NCBI RefSeq assembly: GCF_000013905.1
Contig: NC_007969.1
Span: forward strand, 300,001 to 332,000
Reading direction: 5' to 3'
DNA: 32,000 nt
Source: Psychrobacter cryohalolentis K5
GTDB lineage: Bacteria > Pseudomonadota > Gammaproteobacteria > Pseudomonadales > Moraxellaceae
Shown here: piece by piece, positions 8,796 through 18,396 of the stretch
How the letters are laid out: every line of letters starts with the position of its first letter
Numbering within the stretch: the first letter of the stretch is position 1
Made by a program: the position numbers and the translations under genes
The notes under the pieces: generated by a model
The model's database searches: none
Told to the model about the DNA's origin: nothing
The model's input: the letters and a program-made list of their open reading frames with translations, nothing else

Positions 8796-10220
8796 ATGCT
8801 TATGTTTTCCCATATTACTTCGCAGCGCCCCTCTGTAAATAAACTTGAAACGCCAAAAAAAATGATGCTTCGAACGACTAAATGCTCTCTACACATCGCT
8901 GTTGGTATAGCGCTCACTTGTTTCACAGTACAAGCTCAGGCTGCTGATACAGCTCAGACTAAGAGCTTACAGCCTATAAATACCAGTATCGCTGTGCAAA
9001 ATAGCAATGCAGTAAGCGAAGATTTTATCGCTCAGCAAGCTGCTCTGTTCTTTGAATGTACTCAAGTACAGACCAGTTCTGCCCGTTTGGCATGCTTTGA
9101 TAAGGTTGCAGAACAAGGCAAAACGCCAAGTTATGTCACAACCAAACAGCCAGTAGATTTGGCAAAAACGGTTATAAGTACGCTGTCAGGCAACCCTCAA
9201 GTGATACTGGCTGAAGAAACCAGTACCATTACTGCCAATGGCAATGTCATTGCTAAAAAGGTTTCGAGCAATTATCCTCAAGATATTGAAACAAAACTGC
9301 CCGCTGAGACTGAAAGTTTAGATACGGTTGGACTGACGCAAAGAGAAGCAGAGGTATTGGAAAGTGTCGGCGTGACTCAAGCAGATATTGAAAAATATAC
9401 GCCGCTAAGCTTAGCATATGATCTTGATAAAAACAGTGAACGCGGTACATGGACAGTCAGACCTTACCGTCCAACCTATGTTATGCCACTGTTTTATACC
9501 TTTGATCCCAATTTAAGCCCAAGTACACCCACTCGACCTCAACCAGAGAAGCCTTTTACGTCTAACGACACTCGTAATACGGATCTAAAGTTTCAACTAT
9601 CATTAAAGACTAAAGTTGCAGAAGATTTGTTTAATACCAATGCTGATTTGTGGTTTGGTTATACTCAAGAGTCGCATTGGCAAGTTTATAATGAAGACAA
9701 TTCACGACCATTTCGTGCAACCGATTATCAGCCAGAAATATTTTTGACCCAGCCTGTGACAGCAAATCTGCCTTTTGGTGGACGACTGCGCATGCTCGGA
9801 GCAGGTGCTATTCACCACTCAAATGGTCAAGATGATCCATTATCGCGCTCGTGGAACCGTGCTTATGTGATGGCAGGGGCAGAATGGGGCAAGTTATCTG
9901 TCATACCGCGATTCTGGTTACGAGTGAACAATGAAAATGATAGCAGTGAAGACAATCCAGATATTGAAGATTTTATGGGTTATGGTGATATCAAGTTCTT
10001 ATATGATTTACCAAATCAACAAAGCCTAAGCGGTACGTTGCGCTACAATCCAGGCACTAATAAAGGCGCTGCGCAAATCGATTATATTTATCCGTTATCT
10101 AAAAACGTTAATGGCTTTGTACAGCTGTTCCAAGGGTATGGCGAATCTATTGTTGATTATAACCATGAAAATACGGCTATCGGCTTTGGTATCGTACTCA
10201 ATGATTGGAAAGGGCTGTAA
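8796..10220 (+). CDS. pldA: Outer-membrane phospholipase A (OMPLA/PldA) with a ~200-aa N-terminal extension
   Basis: The C-terminal ~270 aa carry OMPLA signatures: YQPEIF, HHSNGQ (catalytic His-x-Ser) and SRSWNR (catalytic Asn). A signal peptide ...CFTVQAQA is present. The start is uncertain (ATG 8796, 8802 or 8862). Confidence 0.85.
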   Translation: MLMFSHITSQRPSVNKLETPKKMMLRTTKCSLHIAVGIALTCFTVQAQAADTAQTKSLQPINTSIAVQNSNAVSEDFIAQQAALFFECTQVQTSSARLACFDKVAEQGKTPSYVTTKQPVDLAKTVISTLSGNPQVILAEETSTITANGNVIAKKVSSNYPQDIETKLPAETESLDTVGLTQREAEVLESVGVTQADIEKYTPLSLAYDLDKNSERGTWTVRPYRPTYVMPLFYTFDPNLSPSTPTRPQPEKPFTSNDTRNTDLKFQLSLKTKVAEDLFNTNADLWFGYTQESHWQVYNEDNSRPFRATDYQPEIFLTQPVTANLPFGGRLRMLGAGAIHHSNGQDDPLSRSWNRAYVMAGAEWGKLSVIPRFWLRVNNENDSSEDNPDIEDFMGYGDIKFLYDLPNQQSLSGTLRYNPGTNKGAAQIDYIYPLSKNVNGFVQLFQGYGESIVDYNHENTAIGFGIVLNDWKGL

Positions 10221-10262
10221 CATTAGCGCTTTAAATATCGGTGCCTATAGTGACAGCAAGTC

Positions 10263-11105
10263 ATGCGTCACTTAGCGCCTTATCAAGCCGGACTATGGCT
10301 GGCAGAGTATATAAACTTACGCTGCCAGTTATGTGCGGTTTATCGTAGTACTCCACAATCACAGCTGTTACAAAATCCCTCCTCGTCAAACGCTCCATTA
10401 TTCAGTCAAAAAAGCTCATTAGCTGAAAACGCGTCGAGCTCTTTATCAAGTAGCCATTCTTCTTTTAGCAAAATCCGAAAGCAACTCTATAGCCGTTTTA
10501 GTAATGGACTATTATGCGCCAGCTGCCATAGCAGTATTGCGTGGTTGCCCAAGCCATTTGAAGTCGATATTACTGCTGGCATGACGCTCGCCATTCAAGC
10601 AGCAACTTACTATGACTATCCCATGCGCCAAGCTATTAGAGCCTTCAAGCATCATGAGGATATGACAAAGCTGCCGTTATTGTTACATGTGATACGTCAA
10701 CTACCACGACCTCATGGTTGCCATCATGATAATAGTGTGATTGTCGCTATGCCAACGACCGATGTGCGTCTCATTAAACGTGGCTTTGATCCTGTCAGTA
10801 TTTTGGCCGCGCATTTATCTAAGCATTGGGACATTCCTTTATGGCAAGGTATCAAGCGTATTGATAATACGGTCAGTCAGCAAGGACTCACCCGTGCCGA
10901 ACGCTTGAGCAATCTAGACAATGCCTTTACTTTACTAGAGCCTTCTCCCGTTAAACGCCTTATCTTATTTGATGATGTGGCAACTACGGGAGCAAGTTTA
11001 CAAGCCTTAGCTCGCATTCTATCAATTTACCCTTCAACAACTCCTAACTCCAATAATAAATACTATCTGTGTGCCTATGCATTAGCGCATGGTAGCCAGT
11101 CATAG
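10263..11105 (+). CDS. comF: ComF-family competence protein (phosphoribosyltransferase-like)
   Basis: N-terminal double CxxC (CQLC ... CASC) and the conserved YDYPMRQAIRAFKHHED block. The C-terminal PRTase motif is LILFDDVATTGASL. Confidence 0.8.
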   Translation: MRHLAPYQAGLWLAEYINLRCQLCAVYRSTPQSQLLQNPSSSNAPLFSQKSSLAENASSSLSSSHSSFSKIRKQLYSRFSNGLLCASCHSSIAWLPKPFEVDITAGMTLAIQAATYYDYPMRQAIRAFKHHEDMTKLPLLLHVIRQLPRPHGCHHDNSVIVAMPTTDVRLIKRGFDPVSILAAHLSKHWDIPLWQGIKRIDNTVSQQGLTRAERLSNLDNAFTLLEPSPVKRLILFDDVATTGASLQALARILSIYPSTTPNSNNKYYLCAYALAHGSQS

Positions 11106-11282
11106 ATGCTAATAAAACTTGTTGGCAACTACTATTATGTTGCTATTATGTTGCTAATATTTTAATCCCACGCTATATTGACAATAACATAGACTATAAA
11201 CATATGCTGCTAATAGCCAATAGCTAGCCTGCTTTACATATAGAGAAGTAAAGTGTTTAAGCTGATTAGATAACTTGTTTTA

Positions 11283-11298
11283 TGGAACAAAAATTGCA
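11283..11298 (+). promoter_or_regulatory. Candidate sigma-54 (-24/-12) promoter upstream of the minor-pilin operon
   Basis: TGGAAC-AAAAA-TTGCA has GG and GC at the canonical 12-nt register. It lies about 110 nt upstream of the fimU start. Confidence 0.5.
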
Positions 11299-11407
11299 TG
11301 GCTATAGTTGACTATTTTATATTAAAGCCTGTTTACATATTAGGTATTCACTACGACTGTAAAGCCAGTCCTGCTTGAATATGCCAGCAGCTATATAGGA
11401 ATTTAAC

Positions 11408-11914
11408 GTGAAAGCATCGGCTAACAATCGACCACAGAAATTGCATATGACCAGCTCAGGATTTACCCTGATTGAGCTGATGGTAACGATTGCCGTGCTT
11501 GCTATTATTGTCGGTATTGCTGCGCCTAGTATCAGTACTCAGCTTGCCAATCAAAGGGTTAAGTCGACTGCGGCTACATTGGCAAATGCTTTAACAGAAG
11601 CAAAGGTAGAAAGCGTCCTACGCCGTCAGAATATAAGGGTTATATATGCTAATAGTAGCGCGCCTAAAACGATCAAGTTGCAAGCTAATGGTAACGAAAT
11701 ATCTAGCTATAATATTAGTGATAAAAGTACTGTTACCCAAATGATTACTCCCTCTACAGTAACCAATATCGTTTTTCAACCAAATAAGAGAATAGCTAAC
11801 AATGCCACAGTATTATATACCATCTGTGATAGTGGCTCTAATAGTGAAACGCCCAGACAAGTAAGCCTTACTAACATTGCTAACGTTAATACTATAAATG
11901 CTGGGATCTGTTAA
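11408..11914 (+). CDS. fimU: Type IV pilus minor pilin FimU/FimT (GspH-like)
   Basis: Prepilin motif SSG|FTLIELMVTIAVLAIIVGIAAPS followed by a GspH-type region. GTG 11408 lies 8 nt after AGGA; ATG 11447 is an alternative start. The stop overlaps the pilV ATG (TAATG). Confidence 0.85.
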   Translation: MKASANNRPQKLHMTSSGFTLIELMVTIAVLAIIVGIAAPSISTQLANQRVKSTAATLANALTEAKVESVLRRQNIRVIYANSSAPKTIKLQANGNEISSYNISDKSTVTQMITPSTVTNIVFQPNKRIANNATVLYTICDSGSNSETPRQVSLTNIANVNTINAGIC

Positions 11915-12480
11915 TGAATATACAAGACACACAGTCAGGCATAGGGTTAATAGAAGTGATGGTCGCATTGCTATTATTAGCAGTGGCTGTATTAGGGTTC
12001 AGCGCCATGCAAATGTCCGCTATAAAAGCGACAGACGAAAGTTTAATGCGTACTCGTTCTTTAGCTATTATGCGAGGCGGTGCAGAGACAATGCGTACTA
12101 ATCCTAGCGGTATTGCTGCTTTTAAGACGGCAATAAACGGATCTTCAGACACTGTTAGTGTTGATAGTAAGAGCATAACTAAAGACAGTTGTCTGACAAG
12201 TGGTAATACCGCACCTGCAGCATCAGCCAGTTGTACTATTGACCAACTTGCGACACGTGACGGATTGTTATTAAAGTCATATGCAAGCGCCAATGACATT
12301 AATATTGGTATGGTTCCAAATGGCTGTCCTGGTACATCAGGTAATCAAGAACTCCAGTGTTTTGTAGCAAGTTGGGGAGACACCACAGTTGGTTTAAGTG
12401 ATACTGAAGCTAAAGCTTGTGCCAACGCAAATGGCAGTTATAAAAACGGCGCAGAGTGCTTTATTATGGAGGCTTACTGA
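11914..12480 (+). CDS. pilV: Type IV pilus minor pilin PilV
   Basis: The N-terminus MNIQDTQSGIGLIEVMVALLLLAVAVLGFSAMQ is the PilV-type methylation motif. It sits second in the fimU-pilVWXY1 order, with start/stop overlaps on both sides. Confidence 0.85.
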   Translation: MNIQDTQSGIGLIEVMVALLLLAVAVLGFSAMQMSAIKATDESLMRTRSLAIMRGGAETMRTNPSGIAAFKTAINGSSDTVSVDSKSITKDSCLTSGNTAPAASASCTIDQLATRDGLLLKSYASANDINIGMVPNGCPGTSGNQELQCFVASWGDTTVGLSDTEAKACANANGSYKNGAECFIMEAY

Positions 12481-13484
12481 TGTCATATAGCCATAAAAAT
12501 AAGTATATGAATGATTATCAAGCAGGCTTTACGTTAATAGAGCTGATGATTTCTTTAGTGCTTGGCTTGATCGTATCTGCAGCCGCTATTCAAGTATATC
12601 TTATCAATGTAAAAACAAGCAGTATTCAGGCAAGTGGTAGTGAGCTACAGGATGCCAGTGTGTTCGGATTACAACAATTAGAAAAAAGTATTCGCCTAGC
12701 AAACCTTGGTAATCCAACCACCAGAATTGATGGTACCACTCCCAATGGCGGAATTGTCTTAACGGGTCTTAATATTGGCGTTCCGAATCCGAATGAACCG
12801 AATCCTTATCCTAATACGGGATATCTGACAAGACGTGCAGGAGATAGTGCCGTTGGTGCGAATGGGTGGACAGGCATATCAAATACTAATACCAATAGCG
12901 ATCAGTTGACGATTCAATATATCAACATAACAGGCGCTCCAATGACAGATTGTGAAGGAGCGGTTGCTGCTGTCAATGATATCGTTATTGAGCGTTATTT
13001 TGTACGTCAGGCAACAGGGGATACCAGTACTGGCGCTATCAAAAAATTAGTATTGGCTTGTGATGCAGGACGCGTTAAAAAGACTGGTAGTATAGATACT
13101 GTGACACCATCAAGTGATTCAAGAAACTTTGGTCAGGCTGGCCAAGAATTTATTGTCAATATCGATCAATTCAAGGTGTTATTAGGTGCTCAGTACACGA
13201 CTGGTACTAATGCAGGACAAATCATTTATCTTCCGAGCAGTGCCTATTCATTGATAACAACTGGTAATCCAGTACTTACCGCTGTCAAGATCGGTTTAAT
13301 TGTTCATGGTAGTACACCTATTATAGGAAGTGCTGAACAGTCAGAATTTGCTTTGTTAGGGCAATCGTCAACAGAGAATAAATTAAAGGCAGATACTAGT
13401 AGCAAAAAGAAAGTCCGTAGCACTTATGAAACCACAACGTTGTTACGTAATGCTCGTGTAGTCAATATAAATACCAGCCTATAA
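12480..13484 (+). CDS. pilW: Type IV pilus minor pilin PilW
   Basis: Prepilin motif QAG|[27 protein letters not shown] 12480 overlaps the pilV stop (TGATG). The track ORF begins at GTG 12456. Confidence 0.85.
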   Translation: MSYSHKNKYMNDYQAGFTLIELMISLVLGLIVSAAAIQVYLINVKTSSIQASGSELQDASVFGLQQLEKSIRLANLGNPTTRIDGTTPNGGIVLTGLNIGVPNPNEPNPYPNTGYLTRRAGDSAVGANGWTGISNTNTNSDQLTIQYINITGAPMTDCEGAVAAVNDIVIERYFVRQATGDTSTGAIKKLVLACDAGRVKKTGSIDTVTPSSDSRNFGQAGQEFIVNIDQFKVLLGAQYTTGTNAGQIIYLPSSAYSLITTGNPVLTAVKIGLIVHGSTPIIGSAEQSEFALLGQSSTENKLKADTSSKKKVRSTYETTTLLRNARVVNINTSL

Positions 13485-13506
13485 CCTATTGGTAAGGAGA
13501 CTAAAA

Positions 13507-14367
13507 GTGATTCACTATCGTGACTTATCAAGTTCGACACAAAAACATATCAATATGGGTTTGGCATACGGGAGAGCGGAGCAAGGAGCAACGCTAATAG
13601 TGGTGTTATTGTTTTTAGTGCTGATTATGTTGGCAGGGGCTATTGCAGTTAGACAAAGTACGACAGATCTTAAAATTGCGACAAGTGATCAGATCAATAC
13701 AGTATTACTGCAATCAGCAGATAGTGCTAATCAAAAAATAGAGACCATGGTAAATGGGAGCCCAACATCTAATGGATACCAAGATGTAACAAGTGCGACA
13801 GGGGCACTCGGTCATTTTTTATTATTTGAAGATAATAAAGCTAATGAATTTATTTATTGTTTTAATCCACGTACCCAGAGATATTTAACCAATAGTGCAA
13901 CAGTCAGGGTGCCTGCTGGTGGGTATGTAGATGGTATTAATAACGGTGTCTGTAATTATGCAAATGCTGCTGATTACACTAGTGCTAGGCAGGCAGTTAT
14001 GACACAGGTGAGTATTGCGATTACTCCTCCTAGTGCAAATATAGAAGCGTTTGAACATGTTGTCATTGGTAAAGAAGTTGAAGACAGAACAAGCAAAAAG
14101 TTTAAATTTGATATTCGACCAACATCTTCATTGCCCGCTTATAATGAGCCCAAATTAGGGACTGAAAAGTGCTTCGAGCAGACCAGTATTCCTAACAATG
14201 TAGCAACTGGCAAAAAATCATTAGATGAGTGCCTATTAGCGGCTAGCACACCGAGCAAAATGCTGTATGAGCAAGCAGATGTTGAAAACGTTTCTTCTTC
14301 TACCAAATGTTATCCCTTTGGTAAAGGAACACTAAATTCCAAGTGTGTACTTTCAACAGCGCCCTAG
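13507..14367 (+). CDS. pilX: Type IV pilus minor pilin/assembly protein PilX
   Basis: PilX-type N-terminal hydrophobic segment GATLIVVLLFLVLIMLAGAIAVRQST. It lies between pilW and pilY1. GTG at codon 7 of the track ORF lies about 7 nt after AAGGAG; the track start is 13489. Confidence 0.8.
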   Translation: MIHYRDLSSSTQKHINMGLAYGRAEQGATLIVVLLFLVLIMLAGAIAVRQSTTDLKIATSDQINTVLLQSADSANQKIETMVNGSPTSNGYQDVTSATGALGHFLLFEDNKANEFIYCFNPRTQRYLTNSATVRVPAGGYVDGINNGVCNYANAADYTSARQAVMTQVSIAITPPSANIEAFEHVVIGKEVEDRTSKKFKFDIRPTSSLPAYNEPKLGTEKCFEQTSIPNNVATGKKSLDECLLAASTPSKMLYEQADVENVSSSTKCYPFGKGTLNSKCVLSTAP

Positions 14368-14409
14368 TCTGCTTACTCATTGCACTGAAACAATATAAGG
14401 ATAGATGTC

Positions 14410-17400
14410 ATGAAGCGATTTGACAACATACCGACAATAAATAACATGATTGCAGTACCACTAAAGTATTTGGTCGTTGCCATGGCATCAATGATAGCAA
14501 TGCCAATCTCACAGGCAGATGTGGCAGATAAAAAAATCGGTGATTTAGAGATTTATAAAGCGGCAGAAAGTGGTAAAACTACTATTACTATGATGTTAGA
14601 TACCTCCGGTAGTATGACGTTAAATCAAGTAAATTATGCCTGTGATCTTCCAGGAGGGGCAACTTTTTCTGCAGTTGGAGCAGAATGGTCAAATACTAAC
14701 CCTCAATATATAAGAAACTTCTGTAGTAATAATGCTCGATATTTTTATCGTTTAGATGTAAATGATAAAAACCAATGGTACCGTTGTGGTGGTAGCAATG
14801 GCTCTGGATCTAGTAATTATAGCTTTAACGATTGTGATAGCAAGCTTAGTAAAGCACCATCGACTGTAGGATATGACTATATAACCTCTAGTAGTGGCAA
14901 TCAGTATTATTTTACAGGTGAAAAAGTATACGATCGCCTTACTCGTCTTAAAGATGCAATCTTTACTCTAATGAATAGCACACAGTTAGATCCTAAAAAA
15001 GTCGCCATTGGCATTGGCCAGTTTTCTTCACAAAGCGGCAGTGATAATATTGTAGAGTTTAATGCAAATGGGACTGCTAAGAATGCTGATGGCAGTAGTG
15101 GTAAAATACTTTTACCTGCAGCATTATTAGATGAAACACAGCGTCAAAAGATTCGCCAAGTTGTAGCTGCTGCAGCTGGAGGAGGCGGTACACCGACAGC
15201 GAATGCTTATGCAGAGGTTGGCGCCTATATGCTGGGTACCAAAACCAGTGGTACTGGTAGTGGTTTTAGCAAATCCACTATATCTTCTAAAAGTAATAGT
15301 GGTAGCAATTATATCAGTCCACTTTTAAAGCCTTCTAGCTGCGACGGACGAGGCATCTACTTCTTGACTGATGGAGCACCAAATAACTCTGAAAAGCCTT
15401 TAGATCTAATGAAGCTGGCTTTAAACCGCAGTAATTTTAGCAAATCTAACGACACATTGCCGAGTGGCAGTGGTAATAATAACGGTATGCCCGAAGTTGG
15501 TTCGTTTGCCAAAGCCTTACGTGACTCGACGGTTAGCCCATTAGGTACAGATCAAGAAATCTATACCGCAGTGGTTGGCTTTGGTTCAGATTTCGATGTC
15601 GATAGAGTGGAAGATGCAGCGAAGCCGGAATCGCAGCGAGTTATTCGTAACTTACCTTATACCAATCCAAAAACTGGTGTTATATCAAATCGTGATTTTT
15701 ATAACTGTGCAAATATAGTTGGTAAAGATAATGACGCTACTAAAGATGCAAGAAATGCTTGTAACTGGGGAGAAAAGGCGCATCCTTCATTACCAGGGGT
15801 TGGAGGCTTTGGGGAAGGTGGATTCTACTCAGCGCAGTCTACAAATGATATTGTCAATAGTATTATATCTTTTGTAACCGATTTGGATAACACCTTACCT
15901 TCGACACCTTCAGGAACTATCATTATACCTGACGACCCTTATCGAGCGGATAGTCAACTAGCAGTTGCATATTACCCAACTTTACAACCCAAAGTCGGTG
16001 ATAATTCCGTAGTTTGGGAAGGTAATATGAAAAAGTATAAATTAAATGAAGGTACGCTATTTGGTAAGGGTGGTTCTAAACTATTTAAAAATATAGCAGG
16101 TGAGCTAAATCCAGTAACGCCAGATTTCTGGTCAGATCAAGATTATCTTAACAAAAATGATAAAGTAGAGTCGGGTGGTTTTTACGCTCAGTTAAAGACA
16201 CCTGTTAATGGTGTTACTTCGGTCAGAGCATTGTATGTCGAAGATTGGAAAAGTGCGACTGATCAATCTACAGTTTTAAGAAAGGTAGGAGTAAATATTG
16301 CTGGAAAAATGACTGTAGATAATAATGTCTTAACTGATACTACCTTTAAAGATACAAATACCTATAGCCCAGCAACCCTGAGAAAACTACTAAATTTTTT
16401 AGGATTTGATGTGCTTCCAGCTACAGGCACGGCTGTAAAAGATATGACGCTTAGCACCGCTAATGTATCAAAAGCCATTAAGGTGCTAGGTGCTACTATT
16501 CACTCTACACCAGCGGCAGTTTCCTATTCAGCGACTCTCGATCCTACTACTGGTAGAGTCACGGACACACGCGATGACTATGTATTATTTGGCTCATCCG
16601 AAGGTGGCTTACATTTAGTAGATGCAGGTGATCAAGGCACTGGTGATGGTGGCAAAGAAAAGTTTGTTATTATACCAAGAGAGATGTTAAGAGATGCCAG
16701 TAAGTCTGATGCGCTTATTAAAGACGCAAAAAAAGCTGAAATAGGATCTCCAAACTTTGGTATAGACGCCCCTTGGTTAGTCACTGCTGACTATAAGTAT
16801 GATTTGTCTAATAATAGGGTAAACGTTAATAAGACAGGTGGTAAAGGTGTATTCGCTTATGGTGGGCTGCGTATGGGCGGTGAAGCATTTTACGGGCTAA
16901 ACCTCAATGATAGTGATAATCCGAGTATGATGTTTACGATAACGCCAGCCACTGCAGGCTTTAGTCGTATGGGTCAGATATGGTCAAAACCTACTAAGGC
17001 CAAAATAAAAACCAGCAATACTGATACAGGTACCGATGTATTAGTGTTCGGTGGTGGCTATGATATGTGTTATGAAAAAGAAACCTTCCAAGTTGGCGTG
17101 ATAGATGCACAATTATTAAGTAGTTGTTCAAACATATCGTCTACCAAAGGTAACTCGGTATATATCATTAACGCCAAAACAGGCGCTCTAATATGGTCGG
17201 CTTCTAACGTTTCTAATTCCACAGGTGCATCCAATACTGTATCTGCTATGACTAATAGCGTTGTCGCTGGTGTGACTACCTTAGACCGTGATAATGATGG
17301 CTTTATGGATCATATGTATTTCGCAGACTTGGGTGGTCAGATATTCCGTGCTGACTTTACCAATGCAGGTTTTATAAAGCCAGTCACGACAGGAACCGCA

Positions 17401-18384
17401 TCAGCAGAAACTTCTTTTACCAATACTAGGGTCACTCGTGTACTCAAAAGTGCCTATACAGGCACTGATAAAAAGTATAACTACCGTTTTTATGAACGCC
17501 CAGTTGTCAGTTTCTATCGTAACGATACGACTAATAGACTATTCGCATTGGTTAATGCCATCTCAGGTGATCGTAGCTCACCTTTATCAAAAATACGTGA
17601 TAATACCAAAGCTGATCGGCTATATGGCATTATAGACAGTGATGTGACTAAGGCCAACAGTGTTTTTTATGCTAGTAATTTCACGACTACGGGAACATCT
17701 GGTGGTCAAGAAATCATGGATTTGGAAGCTAACAATACTGCCTCAAGTCATTTAGCTGAGTTGCCTTCAACCCTTGGAAGTTCTACAGCTACGGAGTATA
17801 CTTTAGCTCAAAAAAATGCAGCCATTAATATCCAAAAAGCTGGCACAAAAAAGGGTTGGTACTATCCTCTGACTCGTTTTGACGGCTACGGTAATGTGAG
17901 ATATGGCAAAGGCATTGGTAAATCTGAAGTGGTTGACAGCTTTATATATACCACGGTTTATAACCCAGATATGAGCTATGGTGACGTAGATTCTTGCTCT
18001 GCAAAAGTGACAGGCGGTTCAGAAAGACAGCTCTATTGCTTACCTTATGGTATCTGTACCGATGACGCCTCTAAGAATGGTACTGGTGGATATGTGCAGG
18101 CAGGCAAAGGTATTCAAGAGTTGACGCTCGGACCACGTAGCTCCAGCCTCTCCAACCAACGTCTCCTTATTGGGACACGTACATTGACGGAACGTGCTAA
18201 TGATCGCGTAAACTTTGGGTCTGATAATGGCAAGGGACTTTTCAATGCTCTTACGAACCCTAAAGGGCTGAACCAAAGCAATTTAGTAGCAACTGATAGC
18301 AGCATTGGTAATGGTACAGCGCCTGATATGATATTTAACGAGCGCTTTACGCTACAGCCGAAAACGTGGTACGAAGTAGACTGA
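14410..18384 (+). CDS. pilY1: Type IV pilus tip-associated adhesin/biogenesis factor PilY1 (PilC/ComC family)
   Basis: 1324 aa with a signal peptide. The N-terminal vWA-like domain has a MIDAS-type motif DTSGS (nt 14599-14613). The C-terminal PilY1 propeller region has the calcium-site-like motif DRDNDGFMD (nt 17284-17310) followed by YFADLGGQIFR. It sits after pilX. Confidence 0.9.
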   Translation: MKRFDNIPTINNMIAVPLKYLVVAMASMIAMPISQADVADKKIGDLEIYKAAESGKTTITMMLDTSGSMTLNQVNYACDLPGGATFSAVGAEWSNTNPQYIRNFCSNNARYFYRLDVNDKNQWYRCGGSNGSGSSNYSFNDCDSKLSKAPSTVGYDYITSSSGNQYYFTGEKVYDRLTRLKDAIFTLMNSTQLDPKKVAIGIGQFSSQSGSDNIVEFNANGTAKNADGSSGKILLPAALLDETQRQKIRQVVAAAAGGGGTPTANAYAEVGAYMLGTKTSGTGSGFSKSTISSKSNSGSNYISPLLKPSSCDGRGIYFLTDGAPNNSEKPLDLMKLALNRSNFSKSNDTLPSGSGNNNGMPEVGSFAKALRDSTVSPLGTDQEIYTAVVGFGSDFDVDRVEDAAKPESQRVIRNLPYTNPKTGVISNRDFYNCANIVGKDNDATKDARNACNWGEKAHPSLPGVGGFGEGGFYSAQSTNDIVNSIISFVTDLDNTLPSTPSGTIIIPDDPYRADSQLAVAYYPTLQPKVGDNSVVWEGNMKKYKLNEGTLFGKGGSKLFKNIAGELNPVTPDFWSDQDYLNKNDKVESGGFYAQLKTPVNGVTSVRALYVEDWKSATDQSTVLRKVGVNIAGKMTVDNNVLTDTTFKDTNTYSPATLRKLLNFLGFDVLPATGTAVKDMTLSTANVSKAIKVLGATIHSTPAAVSYSATLDPTTGRVTDTRDDYVLFGSSEGGLHLVDAGDQGTGDGGKEKFVIIPREMLRDASKSDALIKDAKKAEIGSPNFGIDAPWLVTADYKYDLSNNRVNVNKTGGKGVFAYGGLRMGGEAFYGLNLNDSDNPSMMFTITPATAGFSRMGQIWSKPTKAKIKTSNTDTGTDVLVFGGGYDMCYEKETFQVGVIDAQLLSSCSNISSTKGNSVYIINAKTGALIWSASNVSNSTGASNTVSAMTNSVVAGVTTLDRDNDGFMDHMYFADLGGQIFRADFTNAGFIKPVTTGTASAETSFTNTRVTRVLKSAYTGTDKKYNYRFYERPVVSFYRNDTTNRLFALVNAISGDRSSPLSKIRDNTKADRLYGIIDSDVTKANSVFYASNFTTTGTSGGQEIMDLEANNTASSHLAELPSTLGSSTATEYTLAQKNAAINIQKAGTKKGWYYPLTRFDGYGNVRYGKGIGKSEVVDSFIYTTVYNPDMSYGDVDSCSAKVTGGSERQLYCLPYGICTDDASKNGTGGYVQAGKGIQELTLGPRSSSLSNQRLLIGTRTLTERANDRVNFGSDNGKGLFNALTNPKGLNQSNLVATDSSIGNGTAPDMIFNERFTLQPKTWYEVD

Positions 18385-18396
18385 TAGGATGGTCGT

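Noticed and set aside
11892-12299. 135-aa minus-strand ORF and 67-aa plus-strand ORF overlapping pilV
   Set aside because: They are antisense or out of frame relative to a confidently called pilV and have no family features.
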